Position numbers and translations under genes: made by a program. From NCBI GenBank assembly GCA_000091205.1, contig AP006495.2: DNA of 64,000 nt. One strand, given 5' to 3'. Positions 22,709 through 33,583 of this stretch are shown piece by piece. Under the pieces are notes generated by a model. It searched no databases. It had not been told where the DNA came from and saw nothing but the letters and a program-made list of their open reading frames with translations. The stretch's first letter is position 1, and every line of letters begins with the position of its first letter. This DNA is from Cyanidioschyzon merolae (taxonomy: Eukaryota).

Positions 22709-25700
22709 TGGGGATCTCGCCGACCGTCTAACGCGCAGCGTAGACGAACAGAGTCGATCCGCCGGGTGCGCGGCTAGCGGCGCCCAGGACAAGCCGCAGA
22801 CATTGTGCTCGGTGCAAGACGTCACCGCGTCCACTGCACAACGTTTTGACGTGCGCCAAAGCAAGGAGTGCGGCGAAGCTGTCCAGAACTTCAGCGAGCT
22901 TGGCGTGGGGAAGCAGCAAGAGCACGCTGATCCACGAACGGTCTGGCTTCCAGGGTCACCTGAGCCGACCGCGTTTCCCCAAGTCCGACTGGTTGGCAAC
23001 TGGGACCTACCGATGGTGCCCATGAACGAAGAACCCAGCGAATACACATCCTCTGTCAGGGAAGGCGCTGTGCCTGACCTGTGTGAAGAGGGTTCGGTTA
23101 CACGTGCGTCCAGAATAGGAGCTTGCGTGGTGCAAGCCGCGAGCCATTCCCGAGAAGCAGTCGCAGGCGACGCGCAGTCTACCGATGACCAGGAGAGCGA
23201 GATGCACACCGCAAGCGCGTCGACGACGACTGCTAGCTCGTTGAAGCAGTGCACAGCAGACGGGAAAAGCGGCGAATCCACCCAGAGGCTGCATACAGAC
23301 TCGAGAGCGTCCTCTGGCATCGCGTTTGTGCCCTACAAAAGTGAAGAAGAGGTACTGGCGGATTTAGAACTCGAGGATTCGATGGACGATCATACCTACA
23401 CACTGCTTGATCTTAGAAAATCCTTGCCAGAGCAGATGCAGCGCCGGTCCTACGCTTGCCCAACGGTGCGAGACGGCAGCAGGTCAGATCGTCACCTGGA
23501 TAGGCGGGCATTCCGTGGCGAAAACGAAGAAGAACACGACGACGATAGCTCCAGCGGACCAGATCGGGATGTCTGGACGCCACCGGCTACGCCTTTGGAT
23601 AGCGAGATGCCGCTCATCGTGTGTCCACCGGAGCCCGTCTGGCCATGCGAGGAAGATCTGCGGGATCTCACACCCGCTGAACTTGCACGCTCTACGGATG
23701 TATTCATGCAGGTTGCGGAGGAGCTGCATTTCCACTGGCGTGTGCTCAAGCTCGGTACCGATCCGGTAACGCCAACCCCTCTGCTTGAGCGTCTTAAGTT
23801 TCTCTGTATCGTATCGAGCAACCTCGATGAGTACTTTTCCAAAAACATGTACGATGTGTCAAAAACAATGCGCCCACTCTACGAACGGATTTCAGCTGCG
23901 ATACGCGACATCACTGCTCAGCAGGAGTCCTGTTTCACGGACGTTATTCTACCAGCGCTCGCTCGATATGATATGCGCATTCTACGTTACGCAGATCTCA
24001 GTATGACGCAGCGAGCGCAGATGAACGCGTTCTTCCATGCTCGTCTGTTTCCACTGCTTACCCCGCTGACCCTGGATCCGACGCATCCGTTTCCGCTTCT
24101 GCGCAGTCACTCGCTGTACCTGGCGGTGCTGCTGAAAGGCGCTCAGCTGATGCCGCCTTCGGAACACGACGCCCACGACGGCGACGAAAGTCCGATTCCG
24201 GCGCTGAGTCCACCGAACGCCTCCCTGGACCGCTCGATAGCCACTGCGCTGCCCTCTGATACCCACGTCGCCTGGGTCCGAGTCCCGTCGTCGTGTAGTC
24301 GCTTCATTACCGTGGACAATGAGAAGCGTTTTTTGCCGGTCGAGGAGATTATCATCCAGAACTTGGATGCGCTTTTCGAAAACGTGCGCGTCATTGCAGC
24401 GTACCCGTTCCGCGTGACCCGTAATACCAAACTTGAACTGGACAAGATCGAACTCAACGAAAGTGAGGATTTTTTGAAAATTGTCGAAGAGAACCTATAT
24501 AGTCGACAGCGACGAGCCGCAGTGCGGCTGGAGGTTTCGCGCGATATGCCCGACGTGCTGACAACGCTGTTGCGCGAGCAACTGAACCTGGAACCCTTGG
24601 CTATGTATCGCTCAAGGGCTCCGATTATTGGCCTCAACGACTGTTTCATGCTGACGAACGTCAACATCCCTGCTTTGCGATACCCCCCGTGGCGTTTCAA
24701 GACGCACTCTATTCTGGCCGGCTACAAATACGGCGTCCAGAGCGGGCACACGGCCCATATGTTTGAGCTCATTCGACACAACGACGTGCTGTTCTCGTTT
24801 CCGATTCATTCTTTTGATGAGACCACTCTGCGTTTCCTCGAAAGCGCAGTTCGGGACCCCGCAGTGCGCCTGATGAAAATGGTGCTGTATCGATGTGGGA
24901 ACAATTCACCTGTCGTGAAGCTGCTCATGGAGGCGGCTCGGCGTGGCATTGATGTCAATGTGCTGGTTGAACTCAAAGCTTCCTTTGATGAGGATCAGAA
25001 TGTCCTCTACGCTCGCATGCTCCAAGAGGCGGGCTGTAACGTCGCGTACGGGGTCAAGGGCTACAAGACCCACGCGAAACTTATTCTCGTGGTTCGCGAG
25101 GAGAATCATGCCCTGGTCTCGTATTGTAACGTCGCCACTGGCAACTACAATGCAACGACGGCGAAAATCTATACGGATTTTTCGCTGTTCACCAGTCGGG
25201 AGGATATCTGCGCCGATGTCACCGATTTGTTCAATGTGTTTACGGGGTATAGTGCGAAGCGATCGTTTCGCAAACTCCTCGTTTCACCGGTGAACATGCG
25301 CGATCGTTTCCTCGAACTCATTCAGCGCGAGATAGATAACGCTCGTGCGGGCTACCCGGCGAGAATCATCTGCCAGTGCAACGGTATCACTGAGGTGCTT
25401 ATCACCCAGCGACTCTACGAGGCGAGCATGGCCGGCGTTCGTGTCGACCTCATCGTACGCGGTATCTGCCGTGTTCGACCCGGCATCACCGGCATCAGCG
25501 AGAATATTCGCGTGGTGAGCATCCTCGGGCGTTTTTTGCTTCACGCTCGAGTGTTTTATTTTGCGAACGCCCGTGAGGCTAAACCCGAGTACTATATCGG
25601 GTCTGCGGACTGGCGTACACGAAATTTGCTCGCTCGTCTGGAGGCTGTCGCCCCGGTTGAAGACAAGTACCTGCAGCAGACACTCTGGCGACACCTGAAT

Positions 25701-26495
25701 CGGCTGTTGAGTGATTCTGTGAACGGTTGGGAGATGCTCCCCGACGGTCGCTACGTGAAAGGCGAAAGCGAAGCGCTCGGGCATCTCCGAGATGCGATCA
25801 TGGCTGCGCGTCGGGAGGCCGAAGCCGAGGCCCTCAAACCGCCAGCACAAGCACCGGTGTCGGCGGACGAGGTGACACCGGGCTCGTCGGAGGCCGAACA
25901 CTTGCCCGTCGTGCGTAAAGCTGGTTGTGTTCCGGTTCGGTTGAACCGGCGACACAACACGCGTCGAGACGATATTGGCACGCGGTACGAGGTGCTTCTG
26001 ATCACCTCTACCTCGTCGTCGTTTATTGCGCGGCATCCGAATGATTCGCGCGTCTCGGAAATACCGGACGGTGGCATCACGTGGGTCTTCCCCAAAGGCA
26101 GCATGGCGTACGGTGAAGATGGCCGCAGTGCTGCGCTGCGCGAGGCCCTCGAGGAGGCCGGAGTCAGCGGCGAACTCGGGCCGCTCCTCAGTGTCAGCAC
26201 GAAACGCAAACGGAGAACGGTGGTCATGACCGAGTTTTATTTGCTGCATGTGAAACAGCAGCTGTCCCAATGGGGCGAAAGCAGCCAGCGACACCGGCGC
26301 TGGTTTACACTAGACGAGGCAGCGAATGTGATCACCAAAGAGTATCTCTTGGAAGCGCTGATGAAGGCTCGTCAAGCGCTCGGCGAAACGCCTACCAGCC
26401 AACCGACATCGCCACCAGCACCACCAGCACCACCACCAGCAGCAGCAGCAGCAGCAGCATTCGAATCGACTACCAATGGCGGAAAAAAGCACTGA
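22587..26495 (+). CDS. polyphosphate kinase 1 (PPK1) fused to a C-terminal DIPP/Ddp1-type Nudix hydrolase domain
   Basis: 1302-aa uninterrupted ORF whose ATG immediately follows a stop. About 22587-23650 is a low-complexity N-terminal extension. PPK1 motifs include PLLERLKFLCIVSSNLDEYF (N domain) and YGVKGYKTHAKLILVVREENHALVSYCNVATGNYNATTAKIYTDFSLFTSRED (the autophosphorylated-His region). The C2 domain has LGRFLLHARVFYFANAREAKPEYYIGSADWRTRNL, ending near 25810. After a linker, a Nudix domain spans about 25980-26370. It has YEVLLITSTSSSFIARHPNDSRVSEIPDGG and the Nudix box GSMAYGEDGRSAALREALEEAGVSGELGPLL. The following RKRRTVVMTEFYLLHV ... RHRRWFTLDEAANVI aligns with NUDT3/DIPP (RKHRTYVYVLIVTE ... 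RKREWFKIEDAIKVL). The tail is Pro/Ala-rich. The true start may be a downstream Met. Confidence 0.8.
22686..22716. repeat. (CAG)n microsatellite
   Basis: The tract cagcagcagtagcagcagcagcagcagcagc sits inside the PPK1 N-terminal extension and encodes poly-Ala/Ser in frame. Confidence 0.8.
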
Positions 26496-26990
26496 GACGC
26501 ATCACCGCAACGTTTACGCGCTTACGCGACGCGCAGTGCGGGGTGCACTCGACAGCACCTCCGAGACTTGCCCCAGAGGCGACATGCGCGGTCTCTGCGT
26601 GCGAGGTGCAGACGAGTGAGCAGCGGGTATGGAGATCCTGTTTAGGTCGCGCTACCGATATTCGGGAATCGTTGTTCTAAAGCAGTGGTTGTGCGCGTAA
26701 CACCAAAGGAGACTATCGCGAGATGCGGATGGTATGTTCGTGATCGCAAGAGGCATCCTCTTCGCCAAACCGCAAACGCTGCGCGCTTGAATCATGCGCA
26801 TAGAAGCGCGTGCTCCATGCTGAATCCCCAGCAAAGCAGCACTTGGAAGCTGATGGAGCCTTCGCTGCGGCTCTTGTAGCAGCCTCGCAGCAGAGGCTCG
26901 AGGTCAAAAGTTGTTAGCACGGATAGATGGATATGTATGTTACTCGACATATAGAAAATGCACCAAGATCCGTGCTTGCCGCGCAGGTGT

Positions 26991-27224
26991 GCGCACGATC
27001 AGCACTCCGTGATCCATAGGTACATATTCATACATCTTTGGCACTGTTCACCTGGTATCGCTATCAGCGCGCACGATCAGCACTCCGTGATCCATAGGTA
27101 CATATTCATACATCTTTGGCACTGTTCACCTGGTATTCCTATCAGCGCGCACGATCAGCACTCCTTGATCCATAGGTACATATTCATACATCTTTGGCAC
27201 TGTTCATCCATCTCGCTGTGCGCG
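26991..27224. repeat. tandem repeat, 78-bp unit x3
   Basis: The unit gcgcacgatcagcactccgtgatccataggtacatattcatacatctttggcactgttcacctggtatcgctatca recurs at 26991, 27069 and 27147 with single-base differences. It lies between the convergent 3' ends of the PPK1-Nudix and OSCA-like genes. Confidence 0.85.
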
Positions 27225-27255
27225 CTGCGCGCATGTTCTTCGATGTACGCGGCGT

Positions 27256-30039
27256 TCAGGGCGGCGCTGCACGTACCAGCTGCAGTGCGTAGGTTCCGAA
27301 CAGCACGAAACGCTGCCGTATCCGATGCGTAAAACCTACAAGACGATCAGGATGCCACCGCAGCTCAAGCAAAAGTCCCCATAAGTACGCCACGCTCAAG
27401 AGAAGCACCAACAGGAGCCCGGTATTCCCGTATATCCATGACAAGAGCACCAGAAGAACGATCGCAGTGGTCAGCACCACAGCGCCGGCGTTGGTCGCGG
27501 TCCGCGCCATTCGCGTATCCGTTGGATGCGGTGGATGCACTTTGCTCAAATTGTACCGATCTGTAAAATACTTGGTGACAAGATACAGTCCAATAAAAAG
27601 CCACAAAAACGGTACGAATGGACCGAGGAAGAACCCAATCGCGAGCACTTTGATGACCTGGGCGTAGGCGTACGGGTAGTCAAACGGTGCAGCCTGGCCG
27701 GCTTGGGCGAGCACCAGTGGCGTGTAAGCGTGCTGGCGACGCCAAAGAAAGCGTAGCCAGTGCATAGGGTGTAAAAGCGCCAAGCTATTCCCCGTAAGCG
27801 CCAGCTGGATGAGAAAGTTCGTGTAGAAAAAGGCATTATCGCCACGGAAGATCCGCTCGACCACTTGAAGCACTCGTTGGGGTGTCTTTCCGCTCGCCGC
27901 CCGGCGATAAGCCAATAATACAACCTCAGCGGCAGTGTTGATAGCGAGCGACGGTAGAACCAGCGTGTTCAGCAGATAATATGCGATGCTCTTTCGCAGA
28001 ATCGATGCCTCTTCTGCAGAGCGCGTCATATGACTCTCGTGCTTCGCCAATTGTCGCAGCATCCACGGGACGGCACTGTTGATCAACATCAGCAGACCAA
28101 CGGGTAAGTACGAGAATACAAAGGCCGTTGGCCAGGAGCTTCGTCCCGTTCGCATGCCAGTCGCCTCGTCGATCCGGATCAGCGTTCGACGAATCTGCTT
28201 GGACCATGGACTCGAAGCGCGCAGGACATGTTGTATGGCACCATGCATCTCAAAGCGCCTGGAAAGTGTCTTGAAACAGCTCAACATATCGATTCCTCTG
28301 ATGTGAGGATTCCCTACAACACTACCAACTGGACCGTGTTGATGATCGCTGGACTGCCTCCAAAACAGACACCAACGGCTTGCGTTGGGCGCTGTAAACG
28401 CTTGCAGCGAGCTGAGCGGCGCATTCGTCGTTGCGCTCGCCAGCACCTGAAGAACAGACAGAATCGCTACGGGCGAGCTCAGAAACAAGAGACCAAGTGC
28501 GAAGAGCACATTCAATACGACTTCACGTAGCCATCGCTCCCAAGCCGGTATGCCCAGATGGGACCACTGCACGTCCGATAAAGATTCAACAGCCTCGGCG
28601 TGCAGTGGGCGAAAAAACGCCTCGTTCACGTTCTCGTTAGAGGAGGCATCTCGCGTGGGAATCGCCTCCCTTAATTGCAGGCCAGAAGTCGCACTGTCCG
28701 CTACCAGAGGCTGTTGGAATGCATCGTCTACGGAAGCGCACAAGCGACGGCACGCGCTCATGAGCCGTGGCAGCAACCGCCGCTGACGACGATGCCGTTC
28801 GCAATCGACAAGACACTGGTGGAACCACCAAGGCTCCCGGAAAGCGACCAGAATCCAGCCAGTAAAGCGCTCGGCATGCTCGCTGCCCGCAGTCCGTCCA
28901 TCATCATCATCATCATGCTGGTCAAGTTGGGCGAGCTGCTGTGCTAGCCGCGCGAGCTCAGCTTGTCGCCAGAGCTCGCGCTGTTCCAGTTGTGCCGACG
29001 GTGATGTGGTCCACAACCGCAACCCCAGAGGTATGTGGATTTCTTCACTAGGCAGCGAGGCCAAGTACTCGTAGAAGGCTTGCAGGTAGCGACGCCGGCG
29101 CTGGCGCTCTGCAGCTACCAGTTGTCCACGGTAGATGAGCTCTACTTTCTGAATCGATAACTGCGGGTACCTTCTGTAGAGCGCTGCTTCAATACGAGCT
29201 GCATCCCAGCCTTGACGAGGCCAGCCGCCGAGCAACAAATACAGCGGCCTCTGCTTTCGCCTCGAGGCCTGCCCTGCTTCCATCGAGCTCGTTCGTGCAA
29301 GGCTATCGTAGCGGGCCGGTAGATGACTCGCTGCATCCGGTGGCGTCGAACGTTCGTCGGCTGGAGACTCGACAGCACCCACGGAATCGTGCCGCATCGT
29401 TGGACTCAGCGCGAGTCGCCACAGGACAATGGTGGTTACACACGCCATCCAGACTGGAAGCTGCATGAGTACAGCGGCTCGGGCACCAGACTCGAAGCCG
29501 GCAGACAATGTGTAGGCGGTGTGCATTCTTTCCCACCAGGTGCGCCAACCAGAAGCACTTGACGTACTCCTGGTGAACCATAGCATCAATGGCAGTTGGA
29601 CAACAAGCCCATACAGACTAAGCACGCCCGCCAACAAGAGCGCAATCCAGACAAAACTCATGTACAGGTTGCGCTCTAGCGAGATATCCGCCGCAGGGCT
29701 TCTCGATGAGACTGTTGGAGTAGCAGCAGCAGCAGCAGCAGTGATAATCGTAGATGGAACATCTTTCTTGAGCTGCTCGACCGGCACACCTGTTAGCGTT
29801 TGCTGAACCCGTGCCGGTGCTCCCGCAAGCGCATCATCAATGGTATCATCCGCATCTTCCGCTACGATGCGCTGGAAATTGATCAGAATGCGCCGTTGCT
29901 CCGGTGTTAGGTGCGATGCGGGATTACCAACTGCTGCAAATAGCAACAGATTCAGCCCCGCGGTGATTAGGTTGATGCGAATGATCCATCCGACATTGCC
30001 GGTGATCACGAGACCTTCCACGATTTTTGGATCCTCCAT
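27256..30039 (-). CDS. OSCA/CSC1/TMEM63-family hyperosmolality-gated cation channel (DUF221/RSN1_7TM)
   Basis: The track ORF begins at a TTG, and the first ATG gives MEDPKIVEGLVITGNVGWIIRINLITAGLNLLLFAAV (TM1 at the extreme N-terminus, as in OSCA). The C-terminal 7TM region matches family consensus (SIAYYLLNTLVLPSL; FDYPYAYAQVIKVLAIGFFLGPFVPFLWLFIGLYLVTKYFTDRYNLSKVH versus consensus FhyGteYAq ... YlVyRhQiinVY). It contains an in-frame (GAT)6 poly-Asp run at 28899-28916. Confidence 0.6.
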   Translation of the reverse strand: MEDPKIVEGLVITGNVGWIIRINLITAGLNLLLFAAVGNPASHLTPEQRRILINFQRIVAEDADDTIDDALAGAPARVQQTLTGVPVEQLKKDVPSTIITAAAAAATPTVSSRSPAADISLERNLYMSFVWIALLLAGVLSLYGLVVQLPLMLWFTRSTSSASGWRTWWERMHTAYTLSAGFESGARAAVLMQLPVWMACVTTIVLWRLALSPTMRHDSVGAVESPADERSTPPDAASHLPARYDSLARTSSMEAGQASRRKQRPLYLLLGGWPRQGWDAARIEAALYRRYPQLSIQKVELIYRGQLVAAERQRRRRYLQAFYEYLASLPSEEIHIPLGLRLWTTSPSAQLEQRELWRQAELARLAQQLAQLDQHDDDDDGRTAGSEHAERFTGWILVAFREPWWFHQCLVDCERHRRQRRLLPRLMSACRRLCASVDDAFQQPLVADSATSGLQLREAIPTRDASSNENVNEAFFRPLHAEAVESLSDVQWSHLGIPAWERWLREVVLNVLFALGLLFLSSPVAILSVLQVLASATTNAPLSSLQAFTAPNASRWCLFWRQSSDHQHGPVGSVVGNPHIRGIDMLSCFKTLSRRFEMHGAIQHVLRASSPWSKQIRRTLIRIDEATGMRTGRSSWPTAFVFSYLPVGLLMLINSAVPWMLRQLAKHESHMTRSAEEASILRKSIAYYLLNTLVLPSLAINTAAEVVLLAYRRAASGKTPQRVLQVVERIFRGDNAFFYTNFLIQLALTGNSLALLHPMHWLRFLWRRQHAYTPLVLAQAGQAAPFDYPYAYAQVIKVLAIGFFLGPFVPFLWLFIGLYLVTKYFTDRYNLSKVHPPHPTDTRMARTATNAGAVVLTTAIVLLVLLSWIYGNTGLLLVLLLSVAYLWGLLLELRWHPDRLVGFTHRIRQRFVLFGTYALQLVRAAPP

Positions 30040-30195
30040 GGGTGTTCTCCTAGGCGCGAAGCAGGACAAATCGTATGACTGGTGTTGCGCGGGTTTTGTA
30101 CGGCGATCCAGGCGTTTCGGAAATGCGGCGGACTGCCCCAAGCGCCTCGGCAAGAGCAACGCACTTATGATGCTCCCGTTCTACGTTCGAGACGA

Positions 30196-30220
30196 AACAC
30201 ACACACACAAACATACACAC
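30196..30220. repeat. (AC)n microsatellite
   Basis: The tract acacacacacaaacatacacac lies upstream of the OSCA-like gene start. A second (CA)n tract is at 30507-30532. Confidence 0.8.
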
Positions 30221-31449
30221 TGATCAGGTCTCTGGAAAAGGCCTGCAGGTCACACTGCCCGCTGCGATGCACCCACAGTCACTGATGACGCGAACAGCTT
30301 TCCACGGCAATACGAAGCAGCGCAGAAGGGTCTCAGACGCTGCCTCCGATGCAGCAGTGAGGAAACTAGCTGTCCAATGAGACAGCGCTGGCAGCTCGAC
30401 GGCTATGTGCGGCTTACGACCGTCGTTCTCGTCGATAACCTCGGAAAGAAACTGCACTTGCCTCGTGATACAAGAAGCTCGAGGCCAAAGGGCTGGTGCA
30501 GGCCGCACGCACACACACACGCACACACACAGAGACCCCTCTGCGGTACGACAAGCGCCAGCTCGGTGAAGACGTAAACAACGTTCACGGTACTGGTGAG
30601 GATGGTGTTAAAAATGTGCACCTCTGTACCAGCACCAACTCGACTGATCCTGCGATCGCCTATGGTTCGATTACCTGAGAAACCGTTCTTCGCTGATAAA
30701 ATTCCACAGCAGCAGCACTGCTGAAGTATATATTTTCCAGGAAATGACCCACCGGAGGTTGCGTTCCTCTTCGCGACTACCGTTACCGCGACCAGCAGGG
30801 TTTCACTGGTGTCGTTCGCTGGCAGTAGGGCGTAACTTGACCACCGCAAGAACAGGCAACCTGCTCCACTAAACCGATAACTCCGCTCGACTGCCTCCGC
30901 TCAGGTACGCGTAGGCTAATCACAGAAACCGTCAGGTCTATGCACTTTGGCAGACGTCCACTGGTGAGCACACACACAAGTACCAGCAGAGAGAAAGAAA
31001 GAGCACGTGAGCGTGAGATACACCCAGCCTAAAGTTCGGAAACGCCCTGCAACTAGTCAGCGCGCAGCTTCGAAGTGCTTTACCCACCGATCATATGCCT
31101 CCTTCAAGCACTCCCAGCGGAGACTGTGTGATCAATCCCGTTTGACTAGGAAACTCGGTACAGGGCTAAAGCCTATGCAATCGTTTCCCGAGTACGATTC
31201 CACGGAACGCTTCGTCCTCCGCGGACGCCGTGTGCCTCTCCTGGGCGGTATAGAGCTTTCGCGCTGGTGAGCAAAGCCCCGTGCCGGTGCTGAGCGCTTC
31301 GGGGTAACGGAGCAGCGGTGTTCCGTCTTCCTCGTGCTCAGGTTCAGAGAGAATCGTTGCGCTGGAACTAACGAACCGTTCCGGTTTCAGAGCGAGGCTA
31401 CGGGTACAGCGGGCTGCACACCCCCTCTCGCTGCGACGGGACCTCGTCC

Positions 31450-33264
31450 ATGGTACTCAGTTGCTTTGTGCCGCCGGACTATGAGAGAGGTCAACCGACC
31501 GACCGAGTGTGCATCGGGCCACCAGTGGACTTGCCGCTGACAACAACGTCCTTACAGCTGGCCCAGTTGCTGTTGAGTTTTCTCGCACAGGAGCGAGAGC
31601 GAGCCTCCAAAGAGCGATGGGCTAACCTGCGAACGCTCGCTGCAGCCAGCCGCAACCGCAAACGAGACAACTCCCGGAACGCTAGTGACGCCGATCAGCT
31701 CACTGAGAGCCAGATCCTAGCTGATCAGGAACGTCTGGCTGTTCTCCAAGCAGAGCACTGGGAGGCCTCGGAGAAAGAGCGTGCCGAAGCAGAGCTCTAC
31801 GCCGACTGGTCGAAACGACTAGAGCACTTGGCGCGTGAACTAGAAGCCAGCACCACGCCCGATGACACGAATAGTGCTGGTGCTGCTGGTATCGCTTTGC
31901 AGCAACTAGCGGCATTGCCGTTCGCATTCGTTGTCCTGGAGACCGGTCGCGAAGTCCGACAAACCTTGGCGGACGCACTATCTACTACGCAGATGACCAG
32001 CACCGAACGCTTGCTGCATATTCAGTTCTTTCTCCAGGCTTCTTTCCGCATTCGCTTGATATCACGATGCTCGGCTACTGTGCCGGGACACACGGATGCA
32101 ATCCTGTGTCTGAGTTTCTCGCCTGATGCCAAGTGGCTGGCGTCGGGCTCTGGGGATAAAACGGTACGGCTATGGGACCCGGACGCTCAGCTTCCACGAG
32201 CGATGCTCAACGGACACCAGGGATGGGTCCTCAATCTCGCCTGGTCACCGGATGGGCGTTGGCTTGCCTCCGGATCCATGGATCATACGGTCCGGATCTG
32301 GGATATGGAGTCTTGTTTGGTGTCGGGTCGCGGGTCCAAAACGAACGCATCCGATGTGCGCTGGGTATTTACAGGCCATAGCCGCTGGATAACGGCGCTG
32401 TGCTGGGAGCCGTACCATTGTAACCAGGGACGCTGTGAGCGACTCGCTTCTGCAAGCAAGGATGGTAGTATTCGCGTGTGGAACATCCGACTCGGACGCT
32501 GTGAGCGCTCCCTAACTGGTCACTCTGCCAGCGTCACCGCACTGCGTTGGAGTGGGCACGGAATGCTCTACTCCGCGAGCCAGGACTGTACGATTCGGGT
32601 GTGGGAACCAAGCACTGGCGTCTGCTGGAAAGTTCTGCCAATCCACGGCCACTGGGTGAATGCCATGACCCTCCATACTGACCATCTGTTGCGTTGTGGT
32701 GCATATAGCGTTGAGGACAACGCTGGGCGCTCGAACGGTGCCGCTGCTTCCCGCATTCGGCGCTTGTCGGTGGAGGAGGCAGCGGATCGCGTTGCCCGCC
32801 TTGGTCCAGAGCGACTTTGCGCGGGCTCAGATGATCATACGCTCTCGCTGCTGACGCTGGAATTCGACAGAAACCAAGACTGGTCGACGGCACGTTGGCG
32901 CGTCAAGCGCCTGACCGGACATCAGCAGCTGGTGAATCATGTGAGTTTCTCGCCAGATGGGCGATGGATCGCCTCAGCGTCGTTCGACAAGTCGGTTCGA
33001 TTATGGAACGGGTTTTCGGGTCAACATGTTGCCACGTTTCGCCAGCATGTACAGGCAGTGTATATGTGTTGCTGGAGCTCAGATTCCCGTCTTCTTGCCA
33101 CGGCAAGCAGGGATAGCACCGTGAAGGTCTACGATATTCGGGAAGGTCTTCTCAAAAGGGATCTTCCCGGTCATGCTGATGAGGTCTACGCAATCGATTG
33201 GTCTGTGGACGGTCGAACAGCTGCTTCCGGGGGCAAGGATTGCGTACTAAAGCTCTGGCGCTAG
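31450..33264 (+). CDS. Notchless (NLE1) homolog, NLE domain plus eight WD40 repeats
   Basis: 604-aa ORF from an ATG. The WD40 repeats carry Notchless-diagnostic stretches (GHTDAILCLSFSPDAKWLASGSGDKTVRLWD; RLASASKDGSIRVWN; LYSASQDCTIRVWE; SFDKSVRLWNG; ASRDSTVKVYD; AASGGKDCVLKLWR). The N-terminal NLE-like segment is interrupted by an ~100-aa Glu/Ala-rich coiled-coil insertion. Confidence 0.75.
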   Translation: MVLSCFVPPDYERGQPTDRVCIGPPVDLPLTTTSLQLAQLLLSFLAQERERASKERWANLRTLAAASRNRKRDNSRNASDADQLTESQILADQERLAVLQAEHWEASEKERAEAELYADWSKRLEHLARELEASTTPDDTNSAGAAGIALQQLAALPFAFVVLETGREVRQTLADALSTTQMTSTERLLHIQFFLQASFRIRLISRCSATVPGHTDAILCLSFSPDAKWLASGSGDKTVRLWDPDAQLPRAMLNGHQGWVLNLAWSPDGRWLASGSMDHTVRIWDMESCLVSGRGSKTNASDVRWVFTGHSRWITALCWEPYHCNQGRCERLASASKDGSIRVWNIRLGRCERSLTGHSASVTALRWSGHGMLYSASQDCTIRVWEPSTGVCWKVLPIHGHWVNAMTLHTDHLLRCGAYSVEDNAGRSNGAAASRIRRLSVEEAADRVARLGPERLCAGSDDHTLSLLTLEFDRNQDWSTARWRVKRLTGHQQLVNHVSFSPDGRWIASASFDKSVRLWNGFSGQHVATFRQHVQAVYMCCWSSDSRLLATASRDSTVKVYDIREGLLKRDLPGHADEVYAIDWSVDGRTAASGGKDCVLKLWR

Positions 33265-33583
33265 AGATGATGACGGAATCTTGTGGTAGACGGTGTAGGT
33301 CTTCGATTCCGAACGACGTTCATTTCGCTTGCGTTCGACGTTTGGTGCCTGTTTGGGCGAACAGGCAGCACCGCACAGCGCTTCTGATGCCTGCAAGCCA
33401 CTTTTCGCCTGGTGTGTGCGCGCTCGCGTGCATGCTCACATGTGCAAAAGCACACGGCCTTGTTCGCAACGCCTACTCAGACACTTGCGTTTCCACGTCA
33501 CTATGGGACGACCCGAAAGCGCTCGCTGGTGTCCCTCGTGGACAGCATAGAGGGCATGTGATGCGATCATTCCGATTTCTGCA

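Noticed and set aside
25284-26294. Long antisense ORFs opposite conserved genes (for example 25284-26294 minus opposite PPK1, 8799-9416 and 9465-10094 minus opposite the dehydratase, 18175-19065 plus opposite the CCCH gene, 41740-42397 minus opposite NDUFS1, 52312-52915 minus opposite Alba)
   Set aside because: High GC content keeps the antisense frames open. None shows a recognisable motif. Each is fully contained within a strongly conserved sense-strand gene.
26991-27224. CRISPR-like interpretation of the three tandem arrays (78-bp, ~100-bp and ~88-bp units)
   Set aside because: The units abut directly with no unique spacers and are far longer than CRISPR repeats. The context is eukaryotic nuclear DNA. 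They are ordinary minisatellites.
30655-30680. tRNA genes: scanned for GGTTCGAnTCC-type T-loops, and the only near match is tatggttcgattacctg at about 30661
   Set aside because: The match lacks the TCC of the T-loop and a GC-rich acceptor stem, and no cloverleaf can be drawn. tRNAs and snoRNAs cannot be excluded without tRNAscan/Infernal. No rRNA-like sequence was seen.
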